In this document: piece after piece, positions 45,976-55,772 of the stretch
Position numbering within the stretch: the first letter of the stretch is position 1
How the letters are laid out: each line of letters starts with the position of its first letter
Notes under the pieces: model-generated
What the model saw: only the letters and a program-made list of their open reading frames with translations
Database searches by the model: none
What the model was told of the DNA's origin: nothing
Program-made: the position numbers and the translations under genes
Virus record (IMG/VR): IMGVR_UViG_3300020576_006930
Span: 1 to 64,000 of that record
Source of the DNA: a virus
Lineage: Duplodnaviria > Caudoviricetes
Direction: 5' to 3' (one strand)
Length of the DNA stretch: 64,000 nt

Positions 45976-46049
45976 CGTTCGTTAGTTCACGGTAGAATAC
46001 CTAGTCGAAAGACTGGGAGAAGGTGGCTCTAACCCATCACGAACGACCA
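45976..46049 (+). ncRNA. tRNA-like RNA with a GAAA tetraloop in place of the anticodon loop
   Basis: CGTTCGT/ACGAACG-A-CCA; D arm intact; CCTAGTC-GAAA-GACTGGG. Confidence 0.7.
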
Positions 46050-46051
46050 AC

Positions 46052-46127
46052 GTACCGTTAGGCAAATGGGAAGTCGGCAGTCTGCAAAACTGCTTTTGAG
46101 TTGGTTCGATTCCAACACGGTACTCCA
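46052..46127 (+). tRNA. tRNA-Cys (GCA)
   Basis: GCAGT-CTGCAAA-ACTGC, U73. Confidence 0.9.
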
Positions 46128-47005
46128 ATTTTATTTTACCCTATATGAAGTATGATTAAACTCAAACGAGTTATAGAAGAAAGTAAATACGATCTCCATC
46201 AAGCGAAGGAACTGACTTTCATTACTTACGGTGGCTTATCCGCCACCAAACAATTGGGTTATTCCAATGGAAAAGACCCAACTTTCCACGCTCCGCCGGC
46301 TAAACGGGGAATTTACGCCTTCGTCTGGCCTTACATAGAAAAATTTTTGTTAAGCGGTGGTCTCCCTGACCCGAAGAAGAGAAAAAAAGGTCAGCGGCAA
46401 CGGGCATCATATTTAAAAGATAAACACGGAAATGTAATTGCTTCCGGCCATCCAGATTTTGAGAAATTTTCAGACCGGAAACCTAGTTTTGCCAGGACCA
46501 AGAGCAATGAACCGTGGGATCCTGAAAAACACGATTGGCAAAAGGACACTCCGGTTCATGTATTATACAATCACGCAAACCGAAAAAAGTTTAAATACAG
46601 CGGAGAAATTTGGCACCATCTGGGTGAATTCTGTCCTGAGTGGACGATTTTTAATCGTCACGGTTCTTGGGTAAAAACGGATATGAATACTTTTGCTATG
46701 GCCTTTAAAAAGGAAATCGCCTTATCTCAGATACCCTCAGAGAGGCACCCGTTTACTTCGACGATGGACCACTTAGAAGTGTTTATTGATGAAAAAATAT
46801 GAAAATGTTAATTACGCAATGGTTATCGGCTCTGTTCGCATTAGTGTTCGTGGTAGGTCTTACAATTTTTTTCTTATCCCATCCCAAGATTATAGCGATT
46901 ACGTTATCGATTTCTTTTATATGGGTGGTCGTGTGGAAGATCAAGTGTTTCATATTTGACCCTCCCGAGCCATAATAAAATGATTGCGTCATTCTCATCA
47001 CTATT

Positions 47006-47395
47006 ATGAGTTTTATGAAAACCCCCGACTTTACGGTACCTGAAATTCACCCGAAGGGGTGGGGTTACGAATTATGGTTGGTGAATAACAACAAGTATTG
47101 CGGTAAAATTCTTCATTTCAATAACGGCAAGCGATGTTCCTTTCATTACCATAAATTGAAAGAGGAACATTTTTATTGTTCTTCTGGGTCTTTCCTATTA
47201 AAATTGTCCTGGGGCGATGATATTACCAAGGCAGAAGAACGATTATTTGAATCGGGGCAAGTGGTAGAAATTCCCATAGGGTTAAGACATCAGATGATTG
47301 CTTTGCAAGATGGTAGTCAATTGATTGAAATATCCACCCAACATCTTGAGGATGATTCGTATCGGGTGGCTCCGGGAGATAGTCAGAAAGTATGA
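47006..47395 (+). CDS. Cupin domain protein (mannose-6-phosphate isomerase-like)
   Basis: PKGWGYELW...SFHYHKLKEEHFY...IP.GLRHQM. Confidence 0.8.
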   Translation: MSFMKTPDFTVPEIHPKGWGYELWLVNNNKYCGKILHFNNGKRCSFHYHKLKEEHFYCSSGSFLLKLSWGDDITKAEERLFESGQVVEIPIGLRHQMIALQDGSQLIEISTQHLEDDSYRVAPGDSQKV

Positions 47396-47798
47396 GTTGC
47401 CATTCTATATTTATAGAATATGCCACTATTCAAAAAAATATCCGAAAACTGCTTTGAGGTGAATGAGGTCAAAGACTCATTATTGAAACAATTAGAAGCA
47501 AAGATCAAACAAAAATATCCCAATGTCGTGACATCGATTGATACTGATAGTGAGGGGAATCCAATTTTGGATATTGATACCGGCGAAACGAATTTTTATG
47601 TCAGTCAAGGACCAAATGAAAAATTTTCAGTTAGTGCGGTTTGGTCAAAAGATGAAAAAGGTAAAAAGAATTTAGATACGGATTCGATGGTGAAAGCAGT
47701 ATCGAGCATACCGGGAATGACTTAGAAATAAATTTTCAAAAAGCTTGACAAAAACAGGAAGTATGAGATACTTATTCCTGTAAGTGAGAAATAACAAT

Positions 47799-47849
47799 AT
47801 GAACAATCGCTGGTTTAATAATATTCGTAGAAGGAATGGCGGAGGCTGA
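47799..47849 (+). CDS. Leader peptide 1, MNNRWFNNIRRRNGGG
   Basis: 16-codon ORF between promoter (TTGACA 47745, GATACT 47767) and terminator; below the ORF-track cutoff. Confidence 0.85.
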   Translation: MNNRWFNNIRRRNGGG

Positions 47850-47910
47850 ATAAGCCTACCGATAGCGAAAGCTTTCGCCCGCCACTCCAAAAGGGTGGCG
47901 GGCTTTTTGT
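47837..47910 (+). promoter_or_regulatory. Transcription attenuator 1 heading the Trp/Arg/Asn/Phe/Ile tRNA operon
   Basis: Terminator GCCCGCCACTC-caaaa-GGGTGGCGGGC-TTTTT (47877-47908); leader TGGCGG (47837-42) is complementary to its 5' arm. Confidence 0.85.
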
Positions 47911-47929
47911 TTGTTCTTTGTCAATTTAT

Positions 47930-48003
47930 ATGTAGTTCGTATAATGGTATTACCTTCCTCTCCAAAAGGAAAGACAGGGGTTCGATTCCTCTACTACATG
48001 CCA
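47930..48003 (+). tRNA. tRNA-Trp (CCA)
   Basis: TTCCT-CTCCAAA-AGGAA, G73. Confidence 0.85.
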
Positions 48004-48013
48004 ATTTTTAGAT

Positions 48014-48088
48014 GCTCTTATAGTGAAATGGACATCACGGGACCCTGCGAAGGTCTAATTCCAAGTTCGAATCTTGGTAAGAGCGCCA
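48014..48088 (+). tRNA. tRNA-Arg (GCG)
   Basis: GGACC-CTGCGAA-GGTCT. Confidence 0.85.
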
Positions 48089-48097
48089 AATTTAAAT

Positions 48098-48174
48098 GCA
48101 CCCGTGGCGCAACTGGACAGCGCAAACGGCTTCTATCCGTAAGGTTGGGGGTTCGACTCCCTCCGGGTGTACCA
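48098..48174 (+). tRNA. tRNA-Arg (TCT)
   Basis: ACGG-CTTCTAT-CCGT. Confidence 0.9.
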
Positions 48175-48355
48175 ATTTTGAGTGTGTGACCGATAAAGCT
48201 TAGTGGTAGATCGGCCTTGAACTGAGGCTCGGAACACATAGGTTCAAATCCTATCGCGCTCACCAATTTCAGATGAACGAAAGTTCCCTAGTCTTGTGTA
48301 TTGGGCCGGTAAAAACTTTAGATTCCGGTATCTGATAAGAATTTTGTTTTAGGAT

Positions 48356-48431
48356 TCCTCTTTAGCATAACTGGTAATGCAGCACACTGTTAATGTGCCC
48401 TATGTTGGTTCAAATCCAACGGGAGGAGCCA
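48356..48431 (+). tRNA. tRNA-Asn (GTT)
   Basis: GCACA-CTGTTAA-TGTGC. Confidence 0.9.
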
Positions 48432-48492
48432 ATTTTAATAGCATAAAAAGTAGTAATTTTTCACAGGTAGTATATACTTATACTTGTGTGCT

Positions 48493-49089
48493 ATGAATAA
48501 AATATTACTAAAAAGATATGTTGATGAAGGACTTTCTATAAATGACATTTGTAAGAAGGTAGGTAAGGGAAACACCAGTATAAGATACTGGTTAAAAAAA
48601 TATAAACTAAAAACAAATTGGAAAGGTTCATTGGAAAGGAAAGTGCCAGATAATGAATTACTAAAAATAGCAAAAAATTCAAAAAGTTTTACTGATTGTT
48701 TGTTGAGAGTGAACGGAAATGCTGGCGGAGGTTCGTATTACTTTTACAAGAAAAGATTAGAAAAATTAAATTTTGATTTTTCAATATACAAAAATTTAAA
48801 CAGAATACCACTTTTTTTGGTTAGAAGCAATCAAGAAGCTATACAAAGAAAAAGAGGGTATAGGATCAGAAGAGAAAAATTACATTTGTATTTAAAATAC
48901 AATAATGTGGAATATAAATGTAGTAAATGCGGAATCTGTGAGTGGGAAGGGAAAAATTTGTTATTACATATTCATCATAAAGATGAAAATTCACAGAATA
49001 ATAAATTGGACAATTTATGTTATCTTTGCCCAAATTGTCATAATATACATCATTATAATGATGGTAAATTGGCTAACAAACTAATCTAG
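48493..49089 (+). CDS. HNH homing endonuclease with N-terminal HTH
   Basis: KCSKCGICEW...LHIHHKD.N..NN..NL..LCPNCH; stop codon lies inside tRNA-Phe. Confidence 0.85.
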   Translation: MNKILLKRYVDEGLSINDICKKVGKGNTSIRYWLKKYKLKTNWKGSLERKVPDNELLKIAKNSKSFTDCLLRVNGNAGGGSYYFYKKRLEKLNFDFSIYKNLNRIPLFLVRSNQEAIQRKRGYRIRREKLHLYLKYNNVEYKCSKCGICEWEGKNLLLHIHHKDENSQNNKLDNLCYLCPNCHNIHHYNDGKLANKLI

Positions 49090-49146
49090 TGAAAGTGCAT
49101 CCCTGAAGAGGATGAAAGCTCCGGGCAGAACGGAGGTTAGCCACCA
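49071..49146 (+). tRNA. tRNA-Phe (GAA), atypical D and T loops
   Basis: GGCTAAC/GTTAGCC-A-CCA; CATCC-CTGAAGA-GGATG. Confidence 0.75.
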
Positions 49147-49156
49147 ATTTTTAAAT

Positions 49157-49231
49157 CCCGGGATAGTGTTAATGGAAGCACGTTAGATTGAAACCCTAAC
49201 AGAGACGGTTCGAATCCGTTATCCGGGACCA
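49157..49231 (+). tRNA. tRNA-Phe (GAA), second copy
   Basis: TTAG-a-TTGAAAC-c-CTAA; canonical T arm. Confidence 0.7.
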
Positions 49232-49295
49232 ATTACGTAGTTTTTCTACTTTCTACGACCCCAGCGTAACGGCTGAATCAAATAAAGTGGAATAT

Positions 49296-49370
49296 GCACC
49301 CATAGTGAAATGAATATCACGTTGCGCTTCGAACGCAACATTTCGGGTTTGAATCCTGATGGGTGTACCA
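49296..49370 (+). tRNA. tRNA-Arg (TCG)
   Basis: TTGCG-CTTCGAA-CGCAA. Confidence 0.9.
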
Positions 49371-49629
49371 ATTTAGTAATGTAGTTAAAAGGTAGAATAT
49401 GGTCCGTGGAGGATAATAAGTTGCAACTTAATTCATTGACTATGCCGGCGGCGGGTTTGTCTGCTAATCGGTTGTGAGGTTCAAATCCACACCATTACTT
49501 TAATTTATGACCGAAGACGATGAGATACTGATTGAATGTAGTTGTTGCCATGACCTGTTCGATTTGGAACAGATGCGGATGAATGAAAATGGAAAATCGG
49601 TATCTTGTGATGAGTGTCGATCTGAAAAT

Positions 49630-49705
49630 GGTAGTGTAGCTCAGTTGGCAGAGCGTAGTCTTGATAAGGCTCGGGTCGGGGGTTCGACTCCCTCCACTAC
49701 CACCA
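49630..49705 (+). tRNA. tRNA-Ile (GAT)
   Basis: Loop TT-GAT-AA, canonical arms. Confidence 0.9.
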
Positions 49706-49717
49706 ATTTTTAAAAAC

Positions 49718-49794
49718 GCAACGGTAGCTCAATTGGATAGAGCGTTAGCCTCCGAAGCTAAAGGTTGTGGGTTCGACTCCCGCTCGTTGCACCA
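49718..49794 (+). tRNA. tRNA-Arg (CCG)
   Basis: TTAGC-CTCCGAA-GCTAA. Confidence 0.9.
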
Positions 49795-50227
49795 AAATAA
49801 AATGAAATTGGAATTAATCAAGCAAAAAAACAAAATATCATCGTATAAAATTAATGGCGAACACACTGAGTATGAGGTAGAGGGTCATGTTTTTTATGTA
49901 AAAGGGTACCCAGCATTTATGATTTTGGAGAATGGCGAAATCAATCCCATTACACCTAATGGAATGGTTATCTATTATGATAATAAAAAAGAATGCGATG
50001 AATGGTTGAAAAATGAAGCAATTAACTACCGAACAATTTAAAAAATACATGTCGAACCCATTGACCAATGACGAAAAAGTTCGAAGTTGGTGTTCATTGC
50101 CGGACAATCGTTACTACACAGTTTCGGTTTGGCCTGAGGCAAGAGCGGGGCAGGTAAGAGTTTCAGAAAACTTGTTTCGGGATGTAAAAGTAAAGAAGAT
50201 ATCCAAATCGGATCAACCATAAAAGTT

Positions 50228-51262
50228 ATGAACATTCTATTGGACAGAGACACATTCCGCAATGGGGTGTTCATGCGTGACAAAAACAAATGTGTCATTT
50301 GTGGGCAACCGGCTCAGGATGCGCATCACATTATTGAACGTAGATTATTTGACGATGGTGGTTATTATCTTGACAATGGCGCTTCATTATGTGCGACGTG
50401 TCATATTAAGGCCGAATCTACTGAGATTAGTTGCGAAGCTATCAGAGCAGGAGCTGGAATCGTGGACATTGTTTTGCCGCTTCACTTATATCGGGATAAT
50501 GTTTACGATAAGTGGGGCAACATAATCAATGTCAATGGCACGCGGCTGAAAGGCGAATTATTCGGTGATGTCAGTGTTCAGAAGATTTTGAAACAGGGTG
50601 GAGTTCTTAGCAAGTTTGTGGATTATGTAAAATATCCCCGCACTTACCATTTACCTTGGAGTGACGGTTTGACGAATGATGATCGGGTAATGACTCCGGA
50701 GGATTTAAAATTTTTAGAAGATAGTTCGGTGGTCGCTACGGAAAAAATGGATGGAGAAAATACCACCATTTATACCGATTACATTCACGCTCGTTCGGTG
50801 GATAGTCGTTCACATTGGACACAATCATATGTGCGCCAATTACAAAGTAAAATTGGACATGATATCCCAAAGGGTTGGCGGATTTGTGGTGAGAATCTTT
50901 ATGCCAAACATTCCATCAAGTATGATAAATTGGAAGATTTCTTTCTGATGTTTTCGATTTGGGATGACAAAAATCAGTGTTTGAGTTGGTTGGAAACCGT
51001 GGAATGGGCAAAGTTGTTGGGATTAAAAGTGGTAGACGTGTTCTTTGTCGGGCCGTGTTGGAAAGACACGGTACATAAGCTATATGAGGGCAATTCAAAA
51101 CATAAGCCCATTGAAGGTTATGTGGTCAGGACATTGAACGGTTTCTCTTATGGTAATTTTAGAAAATGTACTGGTAAATTTGTTAGAAAAAACCACGTCC
51201 AGACCAGTCACCACTGGCGGTTTGAGAAGATCGAAAAGAATGAGTTATCGTCCGTAGGGTGA
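50228..51262 (+). CDS. HNH domain fused to an ATP-dependent RNA ligase
   Basis: N-terminal CVICG...DAHHI...NGASLC..CH; C-terminal KYPRTYHLPWS, TEKMDGEN (motif I), GENLYA, EGYVVR, K.VR. Confidence 0.85.
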   Translation: MNILLDRDTFRNGVFMRDKNKCVICGQPAQDAHHIIERRLFDDGGYYLDNGASLCATCHIKAESTEISCEAIRAGAGIVDIVLPLHLYRDNVYDKWGNIINVNGTRLKGELFGDVSVQKILKQGGVLSKFVDYVKYPRTYHLPWSDGLTNDDRVMTPEDLKFLEDSSVVATEKMDGENTTIYTDYIHARSVDSRSHWTQSYVRQLQSKIGHDIPKGWRICGENLYAKHSIKYDKLEDFFLMFSIWDDKNQCLSWLETVEWAKLLGLKVVDVFFVGPCWKDTVHKLYEGNSKHKPIEGYVVRTLNGFSYGNFRKCTGKFVRKNHVQTSHHWRFEKIEKNELSSVG

Positions 51263-51423
51263 ATTTTAAATAAACTAATCGTAAAAAAGTTTCGAAAGTT
51301 GTTGACGAAAAGTTAAAATGGTATATACTTATTCTTGAGTTGAGACGGCATCGGTAAAGACAACGAATAAAAAACGGTGCTTGACAACAAAGAATTTCGG
51401 TGTACAATATACACCATAAGAAA

Positions 51424-51483
51424 ATGAATATTAGTTCAAAACATCAATATAAGGATAGTGAACCAGCAGGAGGCGGTGCATAA
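51424..51483 (+). CDS. Leader peptide 2, MNISSKHQYKDSEPAGGGA
   Basis: 19-codon ORF after promoter TTGACA 51381 / TACAAT 51403 and before a terminator. Confidence 0.85.
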   Translation: MNISSKHQYKDSEPAGGGA

Positions 51484-51550
51484 AGCACATCCTGAAGCGT
51501 AAAGCTTTATGACCGCCATCCTCTAATACAGGGTGGCGGTTTTTTATTTT
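51469..51550 (+). promoter_or_regulatory. Transcription attenuator 2 heading the Lys/Tyr/Asp/Gln/Glu/Asn/His/Pro/Ser tRNA region
   Basis: Terminator ACCGCCATCCT-ctaatac-AGGGTGGCGGT-TTTTT (51512-51545); leader GGAGGCGGT (51469-77) is complementary to its 5' arm. Confidence 0.85.
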
Positions 51551-51763
51551 TAAGAGTAGTAAAGTCAAGCTGGACTTAAAACGGAGTATGAGATAGCACT
51601 CAAGAAACGCTGTTCGTTGAAACCGAAAGGTAGTGAACGATAAATCCATAAAGCAGACGGCTCACGCGATTCCGTCGTTTATGGCTTCAAAAAGAAGGCG
51701 TGATTGAGTGAAAGCCCACCCGGAAGTAGGCTTGACGTTAGCGGAGAGACGCTTTTTAATTTC

Positions 51764-51849
51764 GCGAGTATGCGCCGAGCTGGCCGATGGCACCGGACTT
51801 TTAATCCGGTATATAAACACCGTGGGTTCGAATCCCACTGCTCGCACCA
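51764..51849 (+). tRNA. tRNA-Lys (TTT), enlarged variable region
   Basis: CCGGA-CTTTTAA-TCCGG. Confidence 0.8.
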
Positions 51850-51902
51850 TTTTACTTTTAAGATTTTTTGTATTTTAAAAGTCATTCATGATATTTATAT
51901 GT

Positions 51903-52370
51903 ATGAAGAAATGCTATACATGCCAACAAGAAAAAGAAACGGTGGAATTTAACAAAAGTAAATGTCGTAAAGACGGGTTGAATTCTATTTGTAAAGAATG
52001 TTCTAAAAAACGGAGTAAACAATATTACAAGGAAAATACCGAATATCATAGAAAAGCGGTCTATCGAAATAAACAACAGTACGGAGAACAATTGAGGGGC
52101 TGGATATCCGATTTAAAATCGGGAGGGTGTTGTATATGTGGTGAGAAAGAGATATGTTGTTTGGATTTTCATCATATCGATTCAAAAACAAAAGATTTTG
52201 CTATTTCAAGTTTGGTATACAATCTATCCAGAAAAAAACTAGGGAATGAATTGACTAAGTGTGCAATAGTGTGCTCAAATTGTCACAGAAAAATTCACAT
52301 AGGCGTTTTAAAAAACCCTATTGATAAAAAACTAGAAAACATATCCATACCGAATTTAACAGTGAATTAA
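51903..52370 (+). CDS. HNH endonuclease (paralog of 16303-16758)
   Basis: CYTC...CKEC; CCICGE...LDFHH...KCAIVCSNCHR. Confidence 0.85.
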   Translation: MKKCYTCQQEKETVEFNKSKCRKDGLNSICKECSKKRSKQYYKENTEYHRKAVYRNKQQYGEQLRGWISDLKSGGCCICGEKEICCLDFHHIDSKTKDFAISSLVYNLSRKKLGNELTKCAIVCSNCHRKIHIGVLKNPIDKKLENISIPNLTVN

Positions 52371-52399
52371 TTTTCAAACGAATTCAAAACAATTTTAAT

Positions 52400-52476
52400 G
52401 CAGTTGAAGCCATGATGGACCGGCACCCGGCTTTTACCCGGATATGGAGTGGGTTCGATTCTCACCGACTGCACCA
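52400..52476 (+). tRNA. tRNA-Lys (TTT)
   Basis: CCGG-CTTTTAC-CCGG. Confidence 0.8.
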
Positions 52477-52485
52477 ATTTTAAAC

Positions 52486-52562
52486 GCGCTCGATGCTACA
52501 GTGGATCGGCACCCGGCTCTTACCCGGATATGATGAGGTTTCAACTACCTCCGAGCGCACCA
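52486..52562 (+). tRNA. tRNA-Lys (CTT)
   Basis: CCGG-CTCTTAC-CCGG. Confidence 0.75.
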
Positions 52563-52918
52563 ATTTCTGATTCCCCCATATCAACAATCACCGTTTTTCC
52601 CAACGGTTCAAATTTGTTGACCAAATCCGGATTTATTTCCCGTGGGGGAATCAATTTTAATTTAACAATTTTGCCTCAGTCCAGACGGCCTACTTCTAGT
52701 TAAGCACAGACGAAGTAATGAAGAAATGGAGTCTGGGTGCTCTGAGTGCAAATTCATTCGCCAGTTATCTAATCTGGTGCCAACAGCAATCAGGAAAATT
52801 AAAACATTCGTAGGAAGCTATGCTGACCGCAAGAGTGTTTTGGTTGGAATGGTTGGGCCGCTGTTCTGAAAACAAAATTATACGGGGCCGTTCACACCCC
52901 GTTGACAAAGTGAACAAT

Positions 52919-53005
52919 GGTAGGGTATCCAAATGGCTAAAGGACACGGTCTGTAAAACCGCCGCTCAAAAGGCTTTGTGAGTTCGAATCTCATCCCTAC
53001 CACCA
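52919..53005 (+). tRNA. tRNA-Tyr (GTA)
   Basis: CGGT-CTGTAAA-ACCG, long variable arm. Confidence 0.9.
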
Positions 53006-53010
53006 ATTTA

Positions 53011-53064
53011 AAGATGCCAACAGCAAACAAAAATTCAATTATAATGAAAAAAAGATGGCATCTT
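53011..53064 (+). ncRNA. ACAGCAA-scaffold small RNA
   Basis: AAGATGCCA/TGGCATCTT stem, ACAGCAA, inner TTCA-ATTATAA-TGAA hairpin. Confidence 0.65.
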
Positions 53065-53103
53065 GTTTTAGAACCCTCTATTTATATGGGAGAGGTCTAA
53101 TTT

Positions 53104-53529
53104 ATGAAAAAATTTAATTGTTTATATTGTAAAAAAGAAAAAACACACCAATCGTCTCAGTCTATGGGGAAATATTGTTCGGCAAAATGTCAACAAAATT
53201 TTCAAATAGAGAAAAAAATGGAAAGTGGAAATTGTTTGTATACTCCGGGAATAAGAAATTGGTGTTATAATAATTTAAAACAGGTATGTGATGTGTGTGA
53301 TACGGGATTAATATGGAATAATAAACCGCTGAGATTACAAGTCGATCACAGAAATGGAAATTCCAGAGATAACCGTAGAAATAATTTAAGAATGATTTGT
53401 CCCAATTGTCACACCCAAACCGAAAATTGGGGGATAAAAAACGCATCTCCTGAGGGAGTTGAAAAAATGGTAGTTGCGGGGAAATTAACACAAAAGAATT
53501 TTTGGTCATATAAAGTAATAGTAACCTAA
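53104..53529 (+). CDS. HNH homing endonuclease
   Basis: KYCS.KCQ; CDVC...LQVDHRNGN..DN...NLRMICPNCHTQT; stop codon inside tRNA-Asp. Confidence 0.85.
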   Translation: MKKFNCLYCKKEKTHQSSQSMGKYCSAKCQQNFQIEKKMESGNCLYTPGIRNWCYNNLKQVCDVCDTGLIWNNKPLRLQVDHRNGNSRDNRRNNLRMICPNCHTQTENWGIKNASPEGVEKMVVAGKLTQKNFWSYKVIVT

Positions 53530-53577
53530 CGCACTGTCTATGCGAAGTCCGGGGAGCGTAACCCCGTATGACCGCCA
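53504..53577 (+). tRNA. tRNA-Asp (GTC)
   Basis: GGTCATA/TATGACC-G-CCA; CGCA-CTGTCTA-TGCG. Confidence 0.8.
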
Positions 53578-53763
53578 TTTTGATCTGTTGGCTAATCCAC
53601 CTTGCTACGCATTGAGTATGGATCGTAGAGCACGCGGACGGTTTGAATGAATCCCGAACAAGTAGGCTACTAACCGAAAAGTAAGGCTGAGTGAGAAAAC
53701 CGGTGCTTGAAACTGATGATTGGCTTAGTAACCAATAAGCGTTCTGACAGATTAATTTTTTAT

Positions 53764-53837
53764 ACCCCTTTGTTGTAGTGGTAGCAAAGTTCTCTTTGAA
53801 AGAAAAAGTGGTGGTTCGATTCCATCAAGGGGTGCCA
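53764..53837 (+). tRNA. tRNA-Gln (TTG)
   Basis: TTCT-CTTTGAA-AGAA. Confidence 0.8.
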
Positions 53838-54041
53838 ATTTAATGGGTGTACAGTAGTTCAATAAATGGGATAGACATAAAAAGTCTGGGTAGCGCCTCA
53901 GTCCAATTATGGAACCAGTATGAAATCCCCTAGTCGTTGAGAATCTGAGAACACAGAATGAGATAGACGTTCACGCTGAACGGAATATTGTGAAATCCTC
54001 TAGTAAGTGATACGCTGTAAATCAGCGGCCCCATATTTTAT

Positions 54042-54115
54042 GTTCCGGTCGATTAATGGTAGGTCACTGCCCTTTCAAGGCGGGAGCGGGAGTTCGATTC
54101 TCCCTCGGAACACCA
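54042..54115 (+). tRNA. tRNA-Glu (TTC)
   Basis: CTGCC-CTTTCAA-GGCGG. Confidence 0.9.
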
Positions 54116-54123
54116 TTTTTAAT

Positions 54124-54196
54124 GCTCCTATGATGTAATGCAACATCTTCGGCCGATTACCGAAGCTTGGTGGTTCAAGTCCACCTGGGAGTACCA
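54124..54196 (+). tRNA. Atypical tRNA-Ile-like (GAT) with C33
   Basis: TTCGG-CCGATTA-CCGAA; full cloverleaf with ACCA. Confidence 0.55.
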
Positions 54197-54202
54197 ATTT
54201 AC

Positions 54203-54279
54203 GGCCCCATCGTCTATATGTGTTAGGACATCATGTTCTCAACATGAAAAATAGGGTTCAAATCCCAATGGGGCTACCA
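54203..54279 (+). tRNA. tRNA-Glu (CTC)
   Basis: TCATG-TTCTCAA-CATGA. Confidence 0.85.
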
Positions 54280-54361
54280 ATTTCGAATTCCCTGAGTGAG
54301 TCCGCAATTCTATACCGTGATATTCGACGGTGAATGTGGGTTAAACACACCGGGCATTTAC

Positions 54362-54437
54362 GGCCCCGTCGTCTAGAGGACAAGGATTGCGGATTCTCAA
54401 TTCGCGGAACTCGGTTTGATCCCGAGCGGGGCTACCA
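54362..54437 (+). tRNA. tRNA-Glu (CTC), second copy
   Basis: GCGGA-TTCTCAA-TTCGC. Confidence 0.85.
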
Positions 54438-54848
54438 ATTTACATGGGCTTTTTCCATTCCTCAGACTCTTTCAATTCTTTTATAAATTGTTCGTGACGA
54501 TTAAGCCCGACAAGATTTTCATATAATTTTAAGGCTTCAGCGGACATACAATTTACTGACGCATTTTGGATTTTCTTTTGGGTGGTGTATTTTGATGAAT
54601 TTGTAATCATAATTTTTTCAGTGATATTCCGTTTACGGGATGTAATATCAAGGTGGGAAGTATATCTCATTCTTGAAAAGAAGATATGGGGTTAAACCCC
54701 ATTAGGTAATACCCTACTAATCCAATTTCCATAAGCTATGAACCAACAAATAAACAACGGCATTAGATGGTTGTAACGGGTGCGAAGTCCGACCCAATGA
54801 ACATAATTCATTGGTGTAAGCCAGACATAGTAAAGTGGAAAGATTTAT

Positions 54849-54923
54849 TCCAGAGTAGTGTCAAAGTAGCACACGCGGCTGTTAACCGTGTTAGTGTTGG
54901 TGCGAGTCCAACTTCTGGAGCCA
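54849..54923 (+). tRNA. tRNA-Asn (GTT)
   Basis: CGCGG-CTGTTAA-CCGTG. Confidence 0.85.
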
Positions 54924-55192
54924 ATTTTTGTTGCGCTAACGGGCTAGAGTAAAGTAACTCAGTCGCCTTTATAAGCGAAAGATAGTAGGTTAACGCCCTA
55001 TATGACCCGCAGGTATCTCTAAGACATGAGGTCGCAACAAAACGATTTTCAACACCGATAAATAACGATGCTGTTATATTTCCGGACCAACGGTTGACCG
55101 ACAAAAACAGCATCGGTTTTGAACCTATTAGTTCAACGCATGATGAATGTGAGGATGAGAAGTTAGCTCACGATAAAATCTTCTCCACTTTT

Positions 55193-55247
55193 AAGATGCC
55201 AACAGCAACCAAATCACTTGCCTGTTAAGCAAAAAAGATGGCATCTT
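55193..55247 (+). ncRNA. ACAGCAA-scaffold small RNA displaying an Asn-type anticodon loop
   Basis: Same outer stem as 53011; inner TTGC-CTGTTAA-GCAA. Confidence 0.65.
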
Positions 55248-55772
55248 GTTTTTATGGTCGGCGTCTGAATCTGCTGGTGAGGTTAGCTTCATAGGATGAT
55301 AATAATGACGAGTTAACCCGGCCGCCGATTTTTTGAAGGAACTGGCGGACTGAGATGTGTATAGTTGAGGTCCGATAGACAATGCCAGCCTTCAATTTTA
55401 TGGTGATATTCATTTGATTTTTTTGTTTTGGTGATGATATTTATCAGCAAATACGTCGTATTTACGATGTCAAAACAAAGGTTTAAATGAAAAAATATCA
55501 AGAAATTAGTCATTATATCAAATTTAAAGCTCGTAATGGAGATGGAGAAGTGATATCGATAGTAGAGGATGTAGATAAAGCGAAATTTATTTATGATTCT
55601 TTAGAAGAAATCCCCCCGTTCGGTCCAGATAAAATTATGGTAGAAAATAATAGAATGTGGAAAGTAATTAAACAAGACGGATTAACTATTCTAGCCAAAA
55701 CTCTAAAATAATTTAGTAAAAAATACGGATTCAAATCGGTTTTTCCTCCCCATCGATAATACTTATTGGCAT

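Noticed and set aside
45976-46049. Quadruplet-anticodon Phe frameshift tRNA
   Set aside because: Lacks U33, and the flanking bases pair to give a 7-bp stem with a GNRA tetraloop.
54928-55052. Ochre (TTA) suppressor tRNA or alternative genetic code
   Set aside because: The loop is 8 nt (CTTTATAA) and ambiguous, there is no proper acceptor or CCA end, and it sits inside a larger stem; genes translate cleanly in code 11. Kept only as a possible tRNA-like RNA.
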